Source of the DNA: Thermodesulfobacteriota bacterium
GTDB lineage: Bacteria; Desulfobacterota; Desulfobacteria; Desulfobacterales; C00003060
DNA: 64,000 nt
Direction of reading: 5' to 3'
Assembly: GCA_034189385.1 (NCBI GenBank)
Contig: JAXHVD010000019.1
Location: 1-64,000, forward strand
The notes under the pieces are model-generated. The model had not been told where the DNA came from. It did no database searches and was given only the letters and a program-made list of their open reading frames with translations. Positions 48,133 through 59,203 of this stretch are shown piece after piece. A program made the translations under genes and the position numbers. The first letter of the stretch is position 1; each line of letters begins with the position of its first letter.

Positions 48133-51004
48133 CCCCTTTCCCACTGGGCCACGAGGCCCTGATCAGCGTTCCCGTCCCAGGCGCAGATTCAACGGCAAAA
48201 GTCCCACCAGAAAGCTGGGTCCGCTCCTTCATACTCGTCAGACCGATACCTGCCTTAGGGCCTTTCCCAAAAAACACAGGGGCCACCTCAAATCCCTGAC
48301 CGTTGTCCTGGATCGTCAGTTCTGTACAACCGCCTGTTTCATTTAGGGAAATCGTCACCAAGTCTGCATGAGCGTATTTGGAAGTATTATTCAGGGCCTC
48401 TTGTAACACCCTGAAGATCACTATTTTCAGCGGCTCGGGCACGTTTTCTTCTTTGATGTCTACCCTCTTTACGATTCGAATTCGCGAATAGAGCCTTTCA
48501 AATTCGCGGCAAAACCAAGCGATGGTCGCCACGATTCCCAGATCGTCCAGTAGGGAGGGGCGGAGGTCCGTATGAATCCTCCGGACCTCTTCACTGGCCC
48601 GCTGAACCATGGGGATCACCGCCTGCAGTGTCTGTAGCCCTTCGTCGGTTTCTCCTTTACGAATCTGGCTGAAGGCATTCTCCGTCCCAAACTTGACGGC
48701 TGCCAGGGCCTGTCCAATGCTGTCATGAAGCTCTCTGGAAATCCTGCTCCTTTCCTCCTCCTGCACGCTGAGCAGCCTCTTGGACAGGCGGCGAAGATCT
48801 TCTTCTGATCTTCTGACCGCATCCTCTGCCCTCTTTCGGTCGGTGACGTCAATCCCAAGCTCCAGTACCAGGGGCGATCCGTCTATGTCAGTGAAGGGAT
48901 AGTCGTAGACATGGTATGTCCGTGCCCGAGCATGATCGAACCATTCCCATTCTTCCGGGCTCTTTGTCTGAAAGACCCTGAGTGTGGGGCACTCTTCACA
49001 TGGTTTGTTACGGTCCCTCAGAACCTCATAGCATCTTTTTCCTTTAGGATCACCAAAGGCCTTTCGGAAGTATCTGTTGGCAAAACGAACCGTATAATCT
49101 TCAGCCTGAAGATAAACAAAAGCTGGAAGTTCCTCCAAGAGCGAAAAAAACCTCTTTCGTTCCAGGGTGATTCGCTCTTCCGCCACTCTAAGATCGGCCT
49201 CTGCCCTCAGTGCCGTAATCCCGTACGCAAGATCGGCTGCCAGGTCAGATAACAGCCCCACTTCCTCCTTGTCAAATGCACCTGGTTCACAGGCGTAAAT
49301 GCTCAGGGCACCAAAGGCCCTTCCTTTTTCTATCAAGGGCAGAGCAATCGAAGCTGTATAACCACGTTTTAGGGCCTCTGCGCGCCACGGTGCGAAATGA
49401 GGATCCGTCAAGATGTCCCTGGCCACACAAGGCTCCTTTGTGCGTATAGCCCTTCCCGTGGGACCGCGTCCCCTCTCTGTATCGGCCCAGGAAATATCCG
49501 CTGTTGCCAGATATCCCTCTTCAAAACCGCTCTGGGCTGCAGGACGCACTGTTTTTGCCTCGTCCTGTTCGGCGAGGCCCACCCATGCAAGACAATATCC
49601 CCCGTCATCCACAATGATGCGACAGACCTCATCCATGAATGCAAAGGCGTCACTGGCGCGGATCAACGCCTCATTACAACTACTCAGAACTCCCAGGGTT
49701 CTGTTGGTCCGAAGAAGGGCGACTTGGGCATCTTTTCGCTGTTCTATTTCGTCTCTGAGCTGCTCATTTGCTCGGGCCAGTTCTGCCGTCCGATTTGCTA
49801 CCCGATCCTCTAGCTCTTCATTGGCTCTTCTGAGGGCCTCTTCTGCCTTCTTGCGTTCTGTGATGTCACGGAAGATGCCCTGGACGAGCGGTGGTTCTCC
49901 AACCATGGTTACTGAAGCAGTAATCTCGACGGGCACGATTTTGCCTGATCCTGTCACGATCTCTGCCTCGTCATTCAGGGAGCCCTTTTCCGTGATGTGC
50001 CTTTTGAATTTATCCCGATAGTAGTCTGCCCTGCCTGGCGGATGGAGGCTCGTGTGGTGCTTTCCGATGATGCTGTCACGTCCCTTTTCCAACAGCACTT
50101 CTGCGGCCCGATTGCACCTGGTAATCAAGCCGGTCTCTGGGTCAGCCCAGAATATGGGATCTACTGCGCTTTCAAATGTGAGTCTAAACCGCTCTTCGCT
50201 CTGGTGCAACGCCTTCTCTATCTGCTTGCGGTGAGTGACATCGCGTACGATGATAAGATCCGCCGGTCTGTTTTGATAGGTGATGAGGCCTCCGCTGATC
50301 TCGCCATATATGGCCCTGCCATTCTTATGAAGGAGTCTTAACTCATACCCTATGGGCACATCTTTTCCTTCTATCCTCCGGCCGTAGTACTCAATGGCCT
50401 TGGTAACATCGTCAGGATGCACCAAGTCCGAAAATTTCCTGTCGACAAACTCTTCGACACGATAGCCCCCCATGGCCGAGAGTCGGGGATTGGCATACTT
50501 GACCGTGCCGTTCTGGATGATGCCGATACCGTCATTGGCCCTCTCAACTAAACTGCGATATTTGTTCTCACTCTCCCACAGGGCCTCGTTGGCCAGTTTC
50601 CGTTCAGTGATGTTCTCATGGACCACTACGATATAGGTGCTTCCATCCCTTGTGAAGCGACTGATCCTTCCAACAAACCACAGGTGTTCTGTGGGGGTAT
50701 GGCAGGGATACTCCCTTTCGCATCGCTCCCTTTGCCCAGCGAGGACGGCTCGAAGGTCTGCTGCAAAGGCAGCTGCCCCCTCGCTGCTACCCCCAAGGGC
50801 AGCATCACAGACTTTCAGGTAATTGGCGCCCTCACCCACTTTGTCCGTGGAAGCAGAATGGGCTGTAGCAAAGTCGCGACACGACTGATTCACCGCAACG
50901 ATCATGCCCTTTTCATCAAGAAGCGCGATGTGAGCAGACAGTGCATCGATAGTGGCTTGGGCGAAGCGTTCCTTGTCGTCAGAAGCGCTCACGATTTCCT
51001 CCAA
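48119..51004 (-). CDS. Cytoplasmic PAS-PAS-PAS-GAF-PAS histidine kinase, HisKA_3 (NarX/UhpB type)
   Basis: Repeated (D/N)(I/V)T.RK PAS ends, GAF, EERSRISRELHDSIGQ, LRPSLLDDLG, DNGQGF, GLTSMKER. Confidence 0.95.
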   Translation of the reverse strand: MEEIVSASDDKERFAQATIDALSAHIALLDEKGMIVAVNQSCRDFATAHSASTDKVGEGANYLKVCDAALGGSSEGAAAFAADLRAVLAGQRERCEREYPCHTPTEHLWFVGRISRFTRDGSTYIVVVHENITERKLANEALWESENKYRSLVERANDGIGIIQNGTVKYANPRLSAMGGYRVEEFVDRKFSDLVHPDDVTKAIEYYGRRIEGKDVPIGYELRLLHKNGRAIYGEISGGLITYQNRPADLIIVRDVTHRKQIEKALHQSEERFRLTFESAVDPIFWADPETGLITRCNRAAEVLLEKGRDSIIGKHHTSLHPPGRADYYRDKFKRHITEKGSLNDEAEIVTGSGKIVPVEITASVTMVGEPPLVQGIFRDITERKKAEEALRRANEELEDRVANRTAELARANEQLRDEIEQRKDAQVALLRTNRTLGVLSSCNEALIRASDAFAFMDEVCRIIVDDGGYCLAWVGLAEQDEAKTVRPAAQSGFEEGYLATADISWADTERGRGPTGRAIRTKEPCVARDILTDPHFAPWRAEALKRGYTASIALPLIEKGRAFGALSIYACEPGAFDKEEVGLLSDLAADLAYGITALRAEADLRVAEERITLERKRFFSLLEELPAFVYLQAEDYTVRFANRYFRKAFGDPKGKRCYEVLRDRNKPCEECPTLRVFQTKSPEEWEWFDHARARTYHVYDYPFTDIDGSPLVLELGIDVTDRKRAEDAVRRSEEDLRRLSKRLLSVQEEERSRISRELHDSIGQALAAVKFGTENAFSQIRKGETDEGLQTLQAVIPMVQRASEEVRRIHTDLRPSLLDDLGIVATIAWFCREFERLYSRIRIVKRVDIKEENVPEPLKIVIFRVLQEALNNTSKYAHADLVTISLNETGGCTELTIQDNGQGFEVAPVFFGKGPKAGIGLTSMKERTQLSGGTFAVESAPGTGTLIRASWPSGKGATSR

Positions 51005-51247
51005 TGAGTTTCCTTCTGCACTTATGGCCCTTTTCTAAACTTGTTACATATGTCTGTGCACTGCTTTTTGTCAAGGCCGACGGCTTTGCCCAAAAGTCTT
51101 TGTCTTGGTGAACACCGGGGCTGGGGAGGATTCAGGCCCGCTCAAGAGACTCGCTGGGTTGCATATCTGCAGCAGGAGGAAGGGTCAGGGAATGGCCAGT
51201 GGGGCCAAGAAAGGCTTTTCGCAGGACCTTTATGAAGACAAGGCAAA

Positions 51248-52693
51248 TCAGGCCATCTTGGGCAACGTGAAGTGAAAGGTCGACCCTTGGCTCTTTTCGG
51301 ACTCTACCCAGATCTGGCCACCATGATCATTGACGATCTTTTCAACAATGGTAAGGCCTAACCCTGTTCCTTCTTCATCCTGCACTTCTCGAATGCGGAG
51401 AAACATCTCAAAGACCTTTCGATGATACTTGGGATCAATCCCGATACCATTGTCTTTCACATAGAACTGGTGAAAGTCCCCGCCATCGTGATGGCCGATT
51501 TCAATCTCGGGGTCTTCCCTGTCCCCAATGAACTTGATGGCGTTTACGAGGAGATTCTCGAAAACTTGATGGATCTTGTTCCTGTCACAGTAGGCTGGAG
51601 GCAGGTGGTTTGTGACCACAAGCTCTATGCCCTTGTCTTTCAGTCTGGCTGCCAGACCTGTGGTCACGTCTTTTACAATCTCCGAAACAGGCACGTCTTG
51701 GAAGACATACTCGGCCTGACCCACCCTTGCCACTGCCAGCAGGTCAGAGACCAGCAGCTCCATTCTTCGGGCATTGACATGAATGCGTTCAAGGCACGCC
51801 TGGTCCTCGTCCGTCAGGTCCCCTTGGCGCCTATCGAGCAAGATAGAGGAAAACCCCTGGATGTGGGCGATAGGGGTTCTGAGGTCATGAGAGACTACGT
51901 GAACAAAGTTTTTCAGCTCTTCATTCTTCTTGGTGACGGCCTCTTCGGCCCGTTTGCGCTCACCTATTTCTGCTTCCAGCTGTTTGTTGGCCTTGCTGAG
52001 TTCTGCTGTTCTCTCTGTTACCCGCATTTCCAACTCATCACGAGATTTCTGCAGGGCCTTTTCGGCCCGTTTGCGCTCCGTCATCTCTCTGGACACACTT
52101 TGTATGGTTTGGTTTGTCACCTGCTTCAAAGACTCCAAGAGTTCCACAGGAGAACTTCCAGCCACGTGGGCACCTAGGTCGCCCCTTGAAACCCTATTTA
52201 AGACGTCAAAGTGTTCAGCAAGGCCCATGGCAAACTCGTGAGACAGATCAACGATTTTTCTAAGTTCTGTGGCCGTGAGGTTAACGATATGCTTCAGTTT
52301 GACAATCAACTCCAGTCGGGAGCTTTCGTCTAAGTGTACCTCCGGGTTTCCTGCAGCAATCTCTCTCAAGGCCTGGAACACTTCTGACAGACCCAGGGCT
52401 AATTCCATGCTGGTCTCTGCCAACTCCCGATCTCGTTCCTCGACCATGGCCCTGAACTCTGCGAATTGTCGGCTTGTCACCCAAAGGGTATCTTGAATGG
52501 AATCCACCCCGATGTTTGCCTTAAAGGGCTCGCATACAAGACACATCTCCATCTTTTCTAGAAATTTACCCTGTATCTCATTGCGACAATGGGTACCTGA
52601 GATAAGCCAACACTTCCGTTCCCTTGCCTGATAAACCGGGCACGCCTCTTCATGGCAATCAAAGTATTCCCAGCACAGTGTCCCTTTTTTCAT
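51248..52693 (-). CDS. Soluble histidine kinase with an N-terminal Cys/Trp-rich (two-CW-like) domain and a tandem HAMP-like module
   Basis: GAAGGAG RBS; CWEYFDC..CPVY..CWLISGTHC..CLVC; VVSHDLRTP; GTGLGL. Confidence 0.92.
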   Translation of the reverse strand: MKKGTLCWEYFDCHEEACPVYQARERKCWLISGTHCRNEIQGKFLEKMEMCLVCEPFKANIGVDSIQDTLWVTSRQFAEFRAMVEERDRELAETSMELALGLSEVFQALREIAAGNPEVHLDESSRLELIVKLKHIVNLTATELRKIVDLSHEFAMGLAEHFDVLNRVSRGDLGAHVAGSSPVELLESLKQVTNQTIQSVSREMTERKRAEKALQKSRDELEMRVTERTAELSKANKQLEAEIGERKRAEEAVTKKNEELKNFVHVVSHDLRTPIAHIQGFSSILLDRRQGDLTDEDQACLERIHVNARRMELLVSDLLAVARVGQAEYVFQDVPVSEIVKDVTTGLAARLKDKGIELVVTNHLPPAYCDRNKIHQVFENLLVNAIKFIGDREDPEIEIGHHDGGDFHQFYVKDNGIGIDPKYHRKVFEMFLRIREVQDEEGTGLGLTIVEKIVNDHGGQIWVESEKSQGSTFHFTLPKMA

Positions 52694-53582
52694 GCCGCAA
52701 TCACTCCTTCTCCCTTCGCAGATCCCACTGCTCACAGTGGACACTGCCTGATCATGTCAAAAGACCCTCTTGATGATGGCTGGCAGGGCCCACATGGCCC
52801 GCCCTAGCCACAAGTGCCCTTAGTTCTTTTTGACGGTAGTAGGGATTGGCGTATCCTGCGTGAGCATAGGTAGGTTTTACGTCCAGGTCAAGGAAAAGGC
52901 GCAGGACGTGCATTCATTGCCTTCAACTCTTCACACCGGCCTTTTGCTAACGGGAGAGTAATGACGCATCATCATTCTCAAAGATGTCACTTGCCTCCTG
53001 CTCCCTTGACCCCTTCCACTCGGTTTGTTTACGGCAGAGGCGAAGAGAACATGTCCATCTTGTCATGGTGACAGATATACAATATGATACATGCCGAATG
53101 CCATGGAACCCATTTATGGCAGGAGTTAAGGACAACGAGTCCCAGGGGAGGGTTCTGCCAACGTCTATGGTAGCGTTCCTGTGGGCGCAAGGCACCAGTG
53201 TCAAGACAGGCCTTGTTGAGTGCATTTGTCGGCTGCCTTGGGATGGTGAGGGGGGCGCGAGCAGTGTAAAAGGGTTTCCCACGAAAGAAAAATCATGGGG
53301 GAGGTAGACTTATTGTCCGCCTTGTCCGTCTAAGATAGGAGCTTGGGTGGATGCATATACCAGAGAGTGCTCCTCCATGAATGGCATCTTTTGCCCCCGT
53401 ATGTTCTCCCCGGATTTGCGCCTGCGGTGAAAACCCATACGGGGCCTTGTCTTGGGAAATAACCTGCATTTTTGGGGTACCCATTGCCGACTCCGGCGGG
53501 ATGAGCGGTCCGCCCTGGCGGATCAAAAAGCTTACCAGAACCAAGTGAGAAGGGAGTGCAAAGGTCTCAATAAGGGTGGGCG

Positions 53583-54848
53583 ATGAAACATATGCGTATT
53601 TGTGTGATCATTTTTCTATTGACCTTCTCTTTAACAGCCCAAGGGGCGGCTCAAGAGGTTCTCACCTGGCCCGATTGTGTCAGGAAGGCACTGAAGCACC
53701 ATCCTGATGTGATCTCGGCAAAGGAGAAGGTGAGGCAGGCGGAAGCTGATAAGAAGATCACAAAAAGTGCCGTCCTGCCGCAGGTGACAAGCGAAGTGAG
53801 TGGCAAAAAGTCGAAGACGGAAAAACAGCCGGAGCAAGAAAGCTATGCCTATCGCATTAGTGGAAATCAGCTCCTCTTTGACGGCTTTAAGACTAGGTCT
53901 GATCTAAAGGCGGCAACGCAGATCACGTTGGCGCAACAGTACGATTATGCCGTGGTATCGTCAAATATCCGGTTAGCGTTGAGAAAGGCCTTTGCCTCTC
54001 TTCTAAGGGCCCAGGAACTCATCTCCTTGACCGAAGAGATTGCCGAGCGCAGGAAGCAGAATGTGGACTTGATTCAGCTCCGGTACGAGGCCGGCAGGGA
54101 GCACAGGGGGGCCTTGCTCACAGCCCAGGCAGATTTGGCTCAAGCTACCTTTGAAGTAGGCCGGGCAAAGAGGAATCTCTTCGTCGCCCAGCGGGAGTTG
54201 TCCAAGGAGCTCGGCCGAAAAGAGTTTGGTCCCATCACAGTGACGGGGTCCTTTGACATGGAGCCCGTTGCCGGCGACAGGCCTGACTTTGAATCCTTGG
54301 CAAAGGAGACGCCTTTTCTAAAAGAGCTTATAGCCAGAAAAGAGTCCGCCCGGTGGGGTGTGAAATCGGCAAAGGCCGAGTATCTTCCCCAGGTCTATCT
54401 AAATGCCGCTTTTGGGGAAACTGCCACAGACTGGCCTCCGGAAGAGGGCGAGTGGTCGGCCGGCCTCACCCTTTCTCTTCCTATATTTGAGGGGGGCAGC
54501 AGGCAGGCCCGGGTCTCCAAATCCAAATCTCAACTGAGGCAACTAGCAGCCGATGAAGAGAGTGGAAAGGACAGCGTTGTGCTGACATTGGAAAAGACCT
54601 GGAAGGCCTTGCAAGATGCTGCCGACTTTGTCTCAGTTCAGAAGAAGTTTTTAGATGCCGGCCGGGAGCGGGCCAAGATAGCCGGTGCCCAGTATTCCAC
54701 AGGGCTAGTGGCTTTTGACGATTGGATTATCATCGAAAACAATCTTGTCAGTGCCAAGAAGGCGTATCTTGACGCCCAGGCAGATCTGCTCGTAGCCGAG
54801 GCGAACTGGTATCAAGCCAAAGGAGGCACACTGGAAGATGTTCAATAA
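53583..54848 (+). CDS. TolC-family outer-membrane protein
   Basis: Signal peptide, QLLFDGF and LSLPIFEGG repeats, helical body. Confidence 0.92.
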   Translation: MKHMRICVIIFLLTFSLTAQGAAQEVLTWPDCVRKALKHHPDVISAKEKVRQAEADKKITKSAVLPQVTSEVSGKKSKTEKQPEQESYAYRISGNQLLFDGFKTRSDLKAATQITLAQQYDYAVVSSNIRLALRKAFASLLRAQELISLTEEIAERRKQNVDLIQLRYEAGREHRGALLTAQADLAQATFEVGRAKRNLFVAQRELSKELGRKEFGPITVTGSFDMEPVAGDRPDFESLAKETPFLKELIARKESARWGVKSAKAEYLPQVYLNAAFGETATDWPPEEGEWSAGLTLSLPIFEGGSRQARVSKSKSQLRQLAADEESGKDSVVLTLEKTWKALQDAADFVSVQKKFLDAGRERAKIAGAQYSTGLVAFDDWIIIENNLVSAKKAYLDAQADLLVAEANWYQAKGGTLEDVQ

Positions 54849-55800
54849 TAGGACCATTGCCGTTGTTTCCATCCTGGCACTGTCGGTTGCAGCGATTGTT
54901 TCTTTCTACAAACTCAGAGGCAATACAAACGGCACCTCTTTCACCAAAGAGATCCGCCCTGTGGTGGGCGATATACAGATCGCGGTGATGACCACGGGCG
55001 TGGTGGAGCCCCAGAATCGTCTTGAGATCAAACCTTCCATCAACAGCCGGATTGAAGAGATCCTCGTTCAGGAAGGAGACCAGGTCACCAAGGGCCAGGT
55101 CCTTGCCTGGACGAGTTCCACGGAACGGGCGGCCCTTGTGGATGCCGCCCGGTCCCAGGGAGACAAGGCCCTGGCCTACTGGGAGCAGGTCTACAAGCAG
55201 ACGCCCATCATATCGCCCATTGACGGAGAAGTGATTGTCCGTTCCATTGAGCCCGGTCAAACGGTGACGACTAATGACACCGTATTGGTTTTGTCGGACC
55301 GGCTCATCGTGAGTGCGCAATTTGACGAAACCGATATCGGAAGGGTGAAGTTGGGAAAAGACGCAGTCATTGCCTTGGATGCTTACCCAAGTGTGAAGAT
55401 CAAAGGCACGGTCGATCACATTGCCTATGAATCCGAACTGGTCAACAACGTGACCATCTATGACGTGGATATTGTCCCTCGGCAAGTGCCCCCCTTTTTC
55501 CGCTCCGGCATGAGCGCAAACGTGGAGGTCTTGGAAAAAAGGCGACAAGGCGTGCTCCTCATCCCTGTGGAGGCGATTGAAAGGGAAGACGGAAAGGCCT
55601 TTGTGACAGTAAGAAGAAAGGGAGGAACCGGCCTTGAGCGGCAGGCCATCGAGATCGGCATCCTGAATGCAAAAAACGCAGAGGTTGTCTCTGGTTTGAC
55701 CGTTGAAGATGTACTCATTGTGCGTGATCAGGCCTATACCCCCCCAAAAAAAGCTAGTGGGACCAATCCCTTCTTGCCTTTTCGGGGAAAGAAGAAATGA
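54838..55800 (+). CDS. macA: Efflux periplasmic adaptor (MacA-like, very short hairpin)
   Basis: IEEILVQEGDQVTKGQVL, SPIDGEV, FDETDIGRV, RSGMSANV. Confidence 0.9.
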   Translation: MFNNRTIAVVSILALSVAAIVSFYKLRGNTNGTSFTKEIRPVVGDIQIAVMTTGVVEPQNRLEIKPSINSRIEEILVQEGDQVTKGQVLAWTSSTERAALVDAARSQGDKALAYWEQVYKQTPIISPIDGEVIVRSIEPGQTVTTNDTVLVLSDRLIVSAQFDETDIGRVKLGKDAVIALDAYPSVKIKGTVDHIAYESELVNNVTIYDVDIVPRQVPPFFRSGMSANVEVLEKRRQGVLLIPVEAIEREDGKAFVTVRRKGGTGLERQAIEIGILNAKNAEVVSGLTVEDVLIVRDQAYTPPKKASGTNPFLPFRGKKK

Positions 55801-57758
55801 TCAGGGTAAAGGGCCTCTCTAAAACCTATTGTGCCGGAAAGGTGCCGGTGCCGGCCTTGCAGGACGTCACCCTTGAGATCGGCCAAGGGGAGTTTGTGGC
55901 TGTCATGGGACCGTCGGGCTCAGGAAAGTCCACCCTGTTGCATATCCTGGGATGCTTGGACCGTCCTGACAGCGGCTCGTACAGCCTGCTCGGAACAGAG
56001 CTCTCCGAGTTGACGGACGACCAGTTGGCGCAGCTCAGAAATGGCCTGGTGGGTTTCGTCTTTCAACAGTTCCATCTCCTGCGGCGGGTAAGCGCCATTG
56101 AAAATACAGAGCTTCCCCTCATCTATGGGGGCAAGAAAGAGATCAGAAAAAGGGCCTACGAGAAGCTTCAGGCCGTGGGGCTGGCAAGACGGGAAGATCA
56201 CCGCCCAAACGAACTTTCAGGTGGCGAGCAGCAACGGGTGGCCATTGCCCGGGCCCTGGTGGCAGATCCCATGATCATTTTTGCAGACGAGCCCACAGGA
56301 AACCTGGATAGCAAGAGCGAAAAGGAGATCATAGACATTCTTAAGACACTAAACGGCCAGGGAAAGACCATTATCATGGTGACCCACGAACCAGGGGTGG
56401 CAAGGCACGCCCAGAGGGTCATTTCGATGCGGGACGGAAAGATCGTCTCTGATGAGGTCAAGAAGGCGCCTATGTCAACGCGCCTGAAGACCGATGGGTC
56501 AATATTAGATATCCTCTCCCACAAGCGCTTGTCTTTCGGCCGCATGGCCTTTGTGCAGCACTTGCGTCAGTCCATGCGGGCGATTCTGTCCAACAAGGTG
56601 CGCTCCTTTCTTTCCATGTTGGGTATCCTTTTTGGGGTTGCCGCTGTGATCGCCATGCTCGCCTTGGGAGAAGGGGCCAAGGCCTCCATCGAGGAAAAGC
56701 TAAAGAGCCTGGGGTCGAACCTCCTTTCTGTCCGGGCCGGTTCGGCCAAGGTGAGGGGGGTGGCTGCGGCAGCCGGATCGGTGACCCGATTTACCTTTGA
56801 TGACGTGGCGGCCGTCCGGGAGCTCACCCCCTTGGTGAGCAAGGTCAGCGCCTATTCCAGGGGAAGCGGACAGGTAGTCTATGAAAACGAGAATTGGAGC
56901 ACCAGCGTTCAGGGTGTGGGCTTTGATTACGGTACTATGCGCGCCAGTGTTCCCACTGTGGGGAGGTGGTTTACCCAAGAGGAGATCGGCAGGCGCGAGA
57001 AGGTGGCCATCTTGGGTCAAACGGTTGTGGAGCACCTCTTTGGCAACACCAGCCCCGTTGGCGAGACCGTTAAGATCAATCGCATCTATTTCAAGGTCAT
57101 CGGTATCGCCCCTGAGAAAGGCTTTGGCGGGCACCGCGATTTTGACGATACCGTCTATGTCCCTGTCACCACGGCCATGTACAGGGTCCTAGGCAAAGAC
57201 TATCTTGACGGCATCTATGCGGAGGTGGCAGACGCAGACTCTGTGGAAAAGGCCCAGGAAAAGATCAGCCAACTGATCAGGAAGCGTCACAGACTCCCCA
57301 AAGACGACGAGGACTCCTTCTATATCAGAGACATGAGCGAGATTCAGGAGATGTTAACAAGCACCACCGAGACCATGGGTCTCCTTTTGGGGTGCATTGC
57401 CGCCATCTCCCTTATCGTGGGGGGGATCGGGATCATGAACATTATGCTGGTCTCTGTGACAGAGCGCACAGGCGAAATTGGCCTCCGCAAGGCCGTGGGG
57501 GCCTCTGGGGCAGACATCATGTCCCAGTTCTTGATCGAATCGGTGGTCATGACTTTTAGTGGGGGGATCATCGGGATTCTCTTGGGCGGCGGCACGGCAT
57601 TTGTGATGTCTGCAGTCGTGGGATGGTCTACGGAGGTAACCCTTTTCAGTATTGTCTTGTCCACCACCTTTTCCATTGCCGTAGGGATCGGGTTTGGTCT
57701 TTGGCCGGCCCGCAAGGCCTCGGAGTTAAACCCCATAGAGGCATTGCGGTATGAATAG
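55797..57758 (+). CDS. macB: Fused MacB ABC ATPase-permease
   Basis: [17 protein letters not shown], then permease [13 protein letters not shown]...[17 protein letters not shown]...NPIEALRYE. Confidence 0.96.
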   Translation: MIRVKGLSKTYCAGKVPVPALQDVTLEIGQGEFVAVMGPSGSGKSTLLHILGCLDRPDSGSYSLLGTELSELTDDQLAQLRNGLVGFVFQQFHLLRRVSAIENTELPLIYGGKKEIRKRAYEKLQAVGLARREDHRPNELSGGEQQRVAIARALVADPMIIFADEPTGNLDSKSEKEIIDILKTLNGQGKTIIMVTHEPGVARHAQRVISMRDGKIVSDEVKKAPMSTRLKTDGSILDILSHKRLSFGRMAFVQHLRQSMRAILSNKVRSFLSMLGILFGVAAVIAMLALGEGAKASIEEKLKSLGSNLLSVRAGSAKVRGVAAAAGSVTRFTFDDVAAVRELTPLVSKVSAYSRGSGQVVYENENWSTSVQGVGFDYGTMRASVPTVGRWFTQEEIGRREKVAILGQTVVEHLFGNTSPVGETVKINRIYFKVIGIAPEKGFGGHRDFDDTVYVPVTTAMYRVLGKDYLDGIYAEVADADSVEKAQEKISQLIRKRHRLPKDDEDSFYIRDMSEIQEMLTSTTETMGLLLGCIAAISLIVGGIGIMNIMLVSVTERTGEIGLRKAVGASGADIMSQFLIESVVMTFSGGIIGILLGGGTAFVMSAVVGWSTEVTLFSIVLSTTFSIAVGIGFGLWPARKASELNPIEALRYE

Positions 57759-58131
57759 GCTTGGGTGGTGTGCAACTCCCTCTTTTTTCTGATCGGTTGT
57801 TCCTTCCTATGGACGTCCTATGGGGCGATGCTCTATGTGAAAAGCCGAACCCGAGCCGAGGCCCGTCTGAATCTTCGTGTGTGGGCACTTGGTTTGCTCT
57901 GTCTCTGGGGTCGTAGTGGGCCTCTGGGTTTGTGCTTACTAGCCTCTCGCCGGAGATCCATGTCTTCCCCAACCCTGATGATATTGAACCACAGGGGCGA
58001 TCTGCGACACGGCACCGCCCGTTTCCCACCCAGTGGATTGTTTCCTGGACAGGGTAGCCCCCACATCAAGTGCTCCACCCTGCGTCAACCCATGAAAGGG
58101 CACGCTGTCAGACGGGAAACAAATACATGCC

Positions 58132-58200
58132 TTATATATTATTATTTATATATAGATATATTAAATAGTATATTATATATTATATATTTATGTTTAAATT
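58132..58200. other. Extreme AT-rich tract
   Basis: 69 nt containing 3 G and no C, in an otherwise GC-balanced window. Confidence 0.9.
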
Positions 58201-58651
58201 CATGAAATATATGCACAGGATATTTCTCATCCTAGAGGATCTCATTTTTTATTTTCCCTTTTGGGGTTGCCTATTAGAATTTCAATTCCTATTATATAGA
58301 TCTGTTTCATTGGAGACAGAAAACTTTGTTGCCCCTAGGCGACAACCCAAAAGACCAGGACCTGTGTTGGAACCTAAACCCCATTGAAGTTCTAAAGAAA
58401 AACGCAATCACAGCTAACGGCCACAGTTGGCCCACGTTTTCTATGCCAAATAAGGAAAAGGCGTGGCGTGGCGCGGGCGAAAAGTCCCGTGCTCCCCTTA
58501 GACTAAGTACAGGAAAGGAGGGTTTTGGACATATTCTTTATCTAGAATGCAGTTCACCTAAAAGGGTAAATAGCCCTTGGAAAACTTATATCCACAGTAC
58601 CCTCGGCTTCTGCAACACCAGGGGCAAGACAAGAGAAAGGAGAAAAGAGGA

Positions 58652-59203
58652 ATGCAAAGAATGTGTGTATTGGTGATGATGGCAATCATTCTGGCGGGCG
58701 CGGTGGGCTCCCCGCAGGTCGTGTTGTCGGCCTGACCCCCTGTGAGCACGTCTCCTCCGGCGGGGGGGACAGTGGCGCCCAGCGCACCTGCGCCTGTAAG
58801 AGAATTAGGCATAAGTGAACCGATGAGAGATTTTCTGGACAACATCGCCCCAGCGAGGGAGCCCGGCATCAGCCCCTTGGATCGCTTCAGAAACCGATTA
58901 TCGGGGGGCGTTTTAGGGAGCACTCCCACGTCGGCAGGGGCACTCTTTGGAAGACCACAGGGTGTTCTCGGCAGGGTATTAGGGGGCCTGAACGCCCGCA
59001 GCGGGCTGGAACGCTTCGGCCTTTTTGCATCAGGCACAAACGGCACGGCATCAGGGCCGCCCGTTTCCAACCAGGGCGGGTATGACACCAACAAAGAGCC
59101 TGGTTCCGCCTGTGGTGATACGGCACCACCTTCTGTCATCGGGGGCTGGGCCTTTGAGACTCCCGTTGCCACTCCGCCTGAACCTTGGTACCAGTTGCAG
59201 TAG
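58652..59203 (+). CDS. Secreted Pro/Gly/Ser-rich protein with an in-frame UGA at codon 28 (candidate selenoprotein, or pseudogene)
   Basis: Purine-rich RBS (AAGGAGAAAAGAGG); MQRMCVLVMMAIILAGAVGSPQVVLSA-TGA(58733-58735)-PPVSTSPP..., in frame with ORF 58742-59203; hairpin 58750-58770. Confidence 0.5.

Noticed and set aside
52745..53582. Roughly 840-bp gap searched for RNA genes, riboswitches and UGA-containing ORFs
   Set aside because: No convincing motif, stem pattern or coding signal found by eye
57765..58205. 146-aa ORF after macB
   Set aside because: No RBS, and it runs into the AT tract giving a Tyr/Ile artefact; a short membrane-protein relic cannot be excluded
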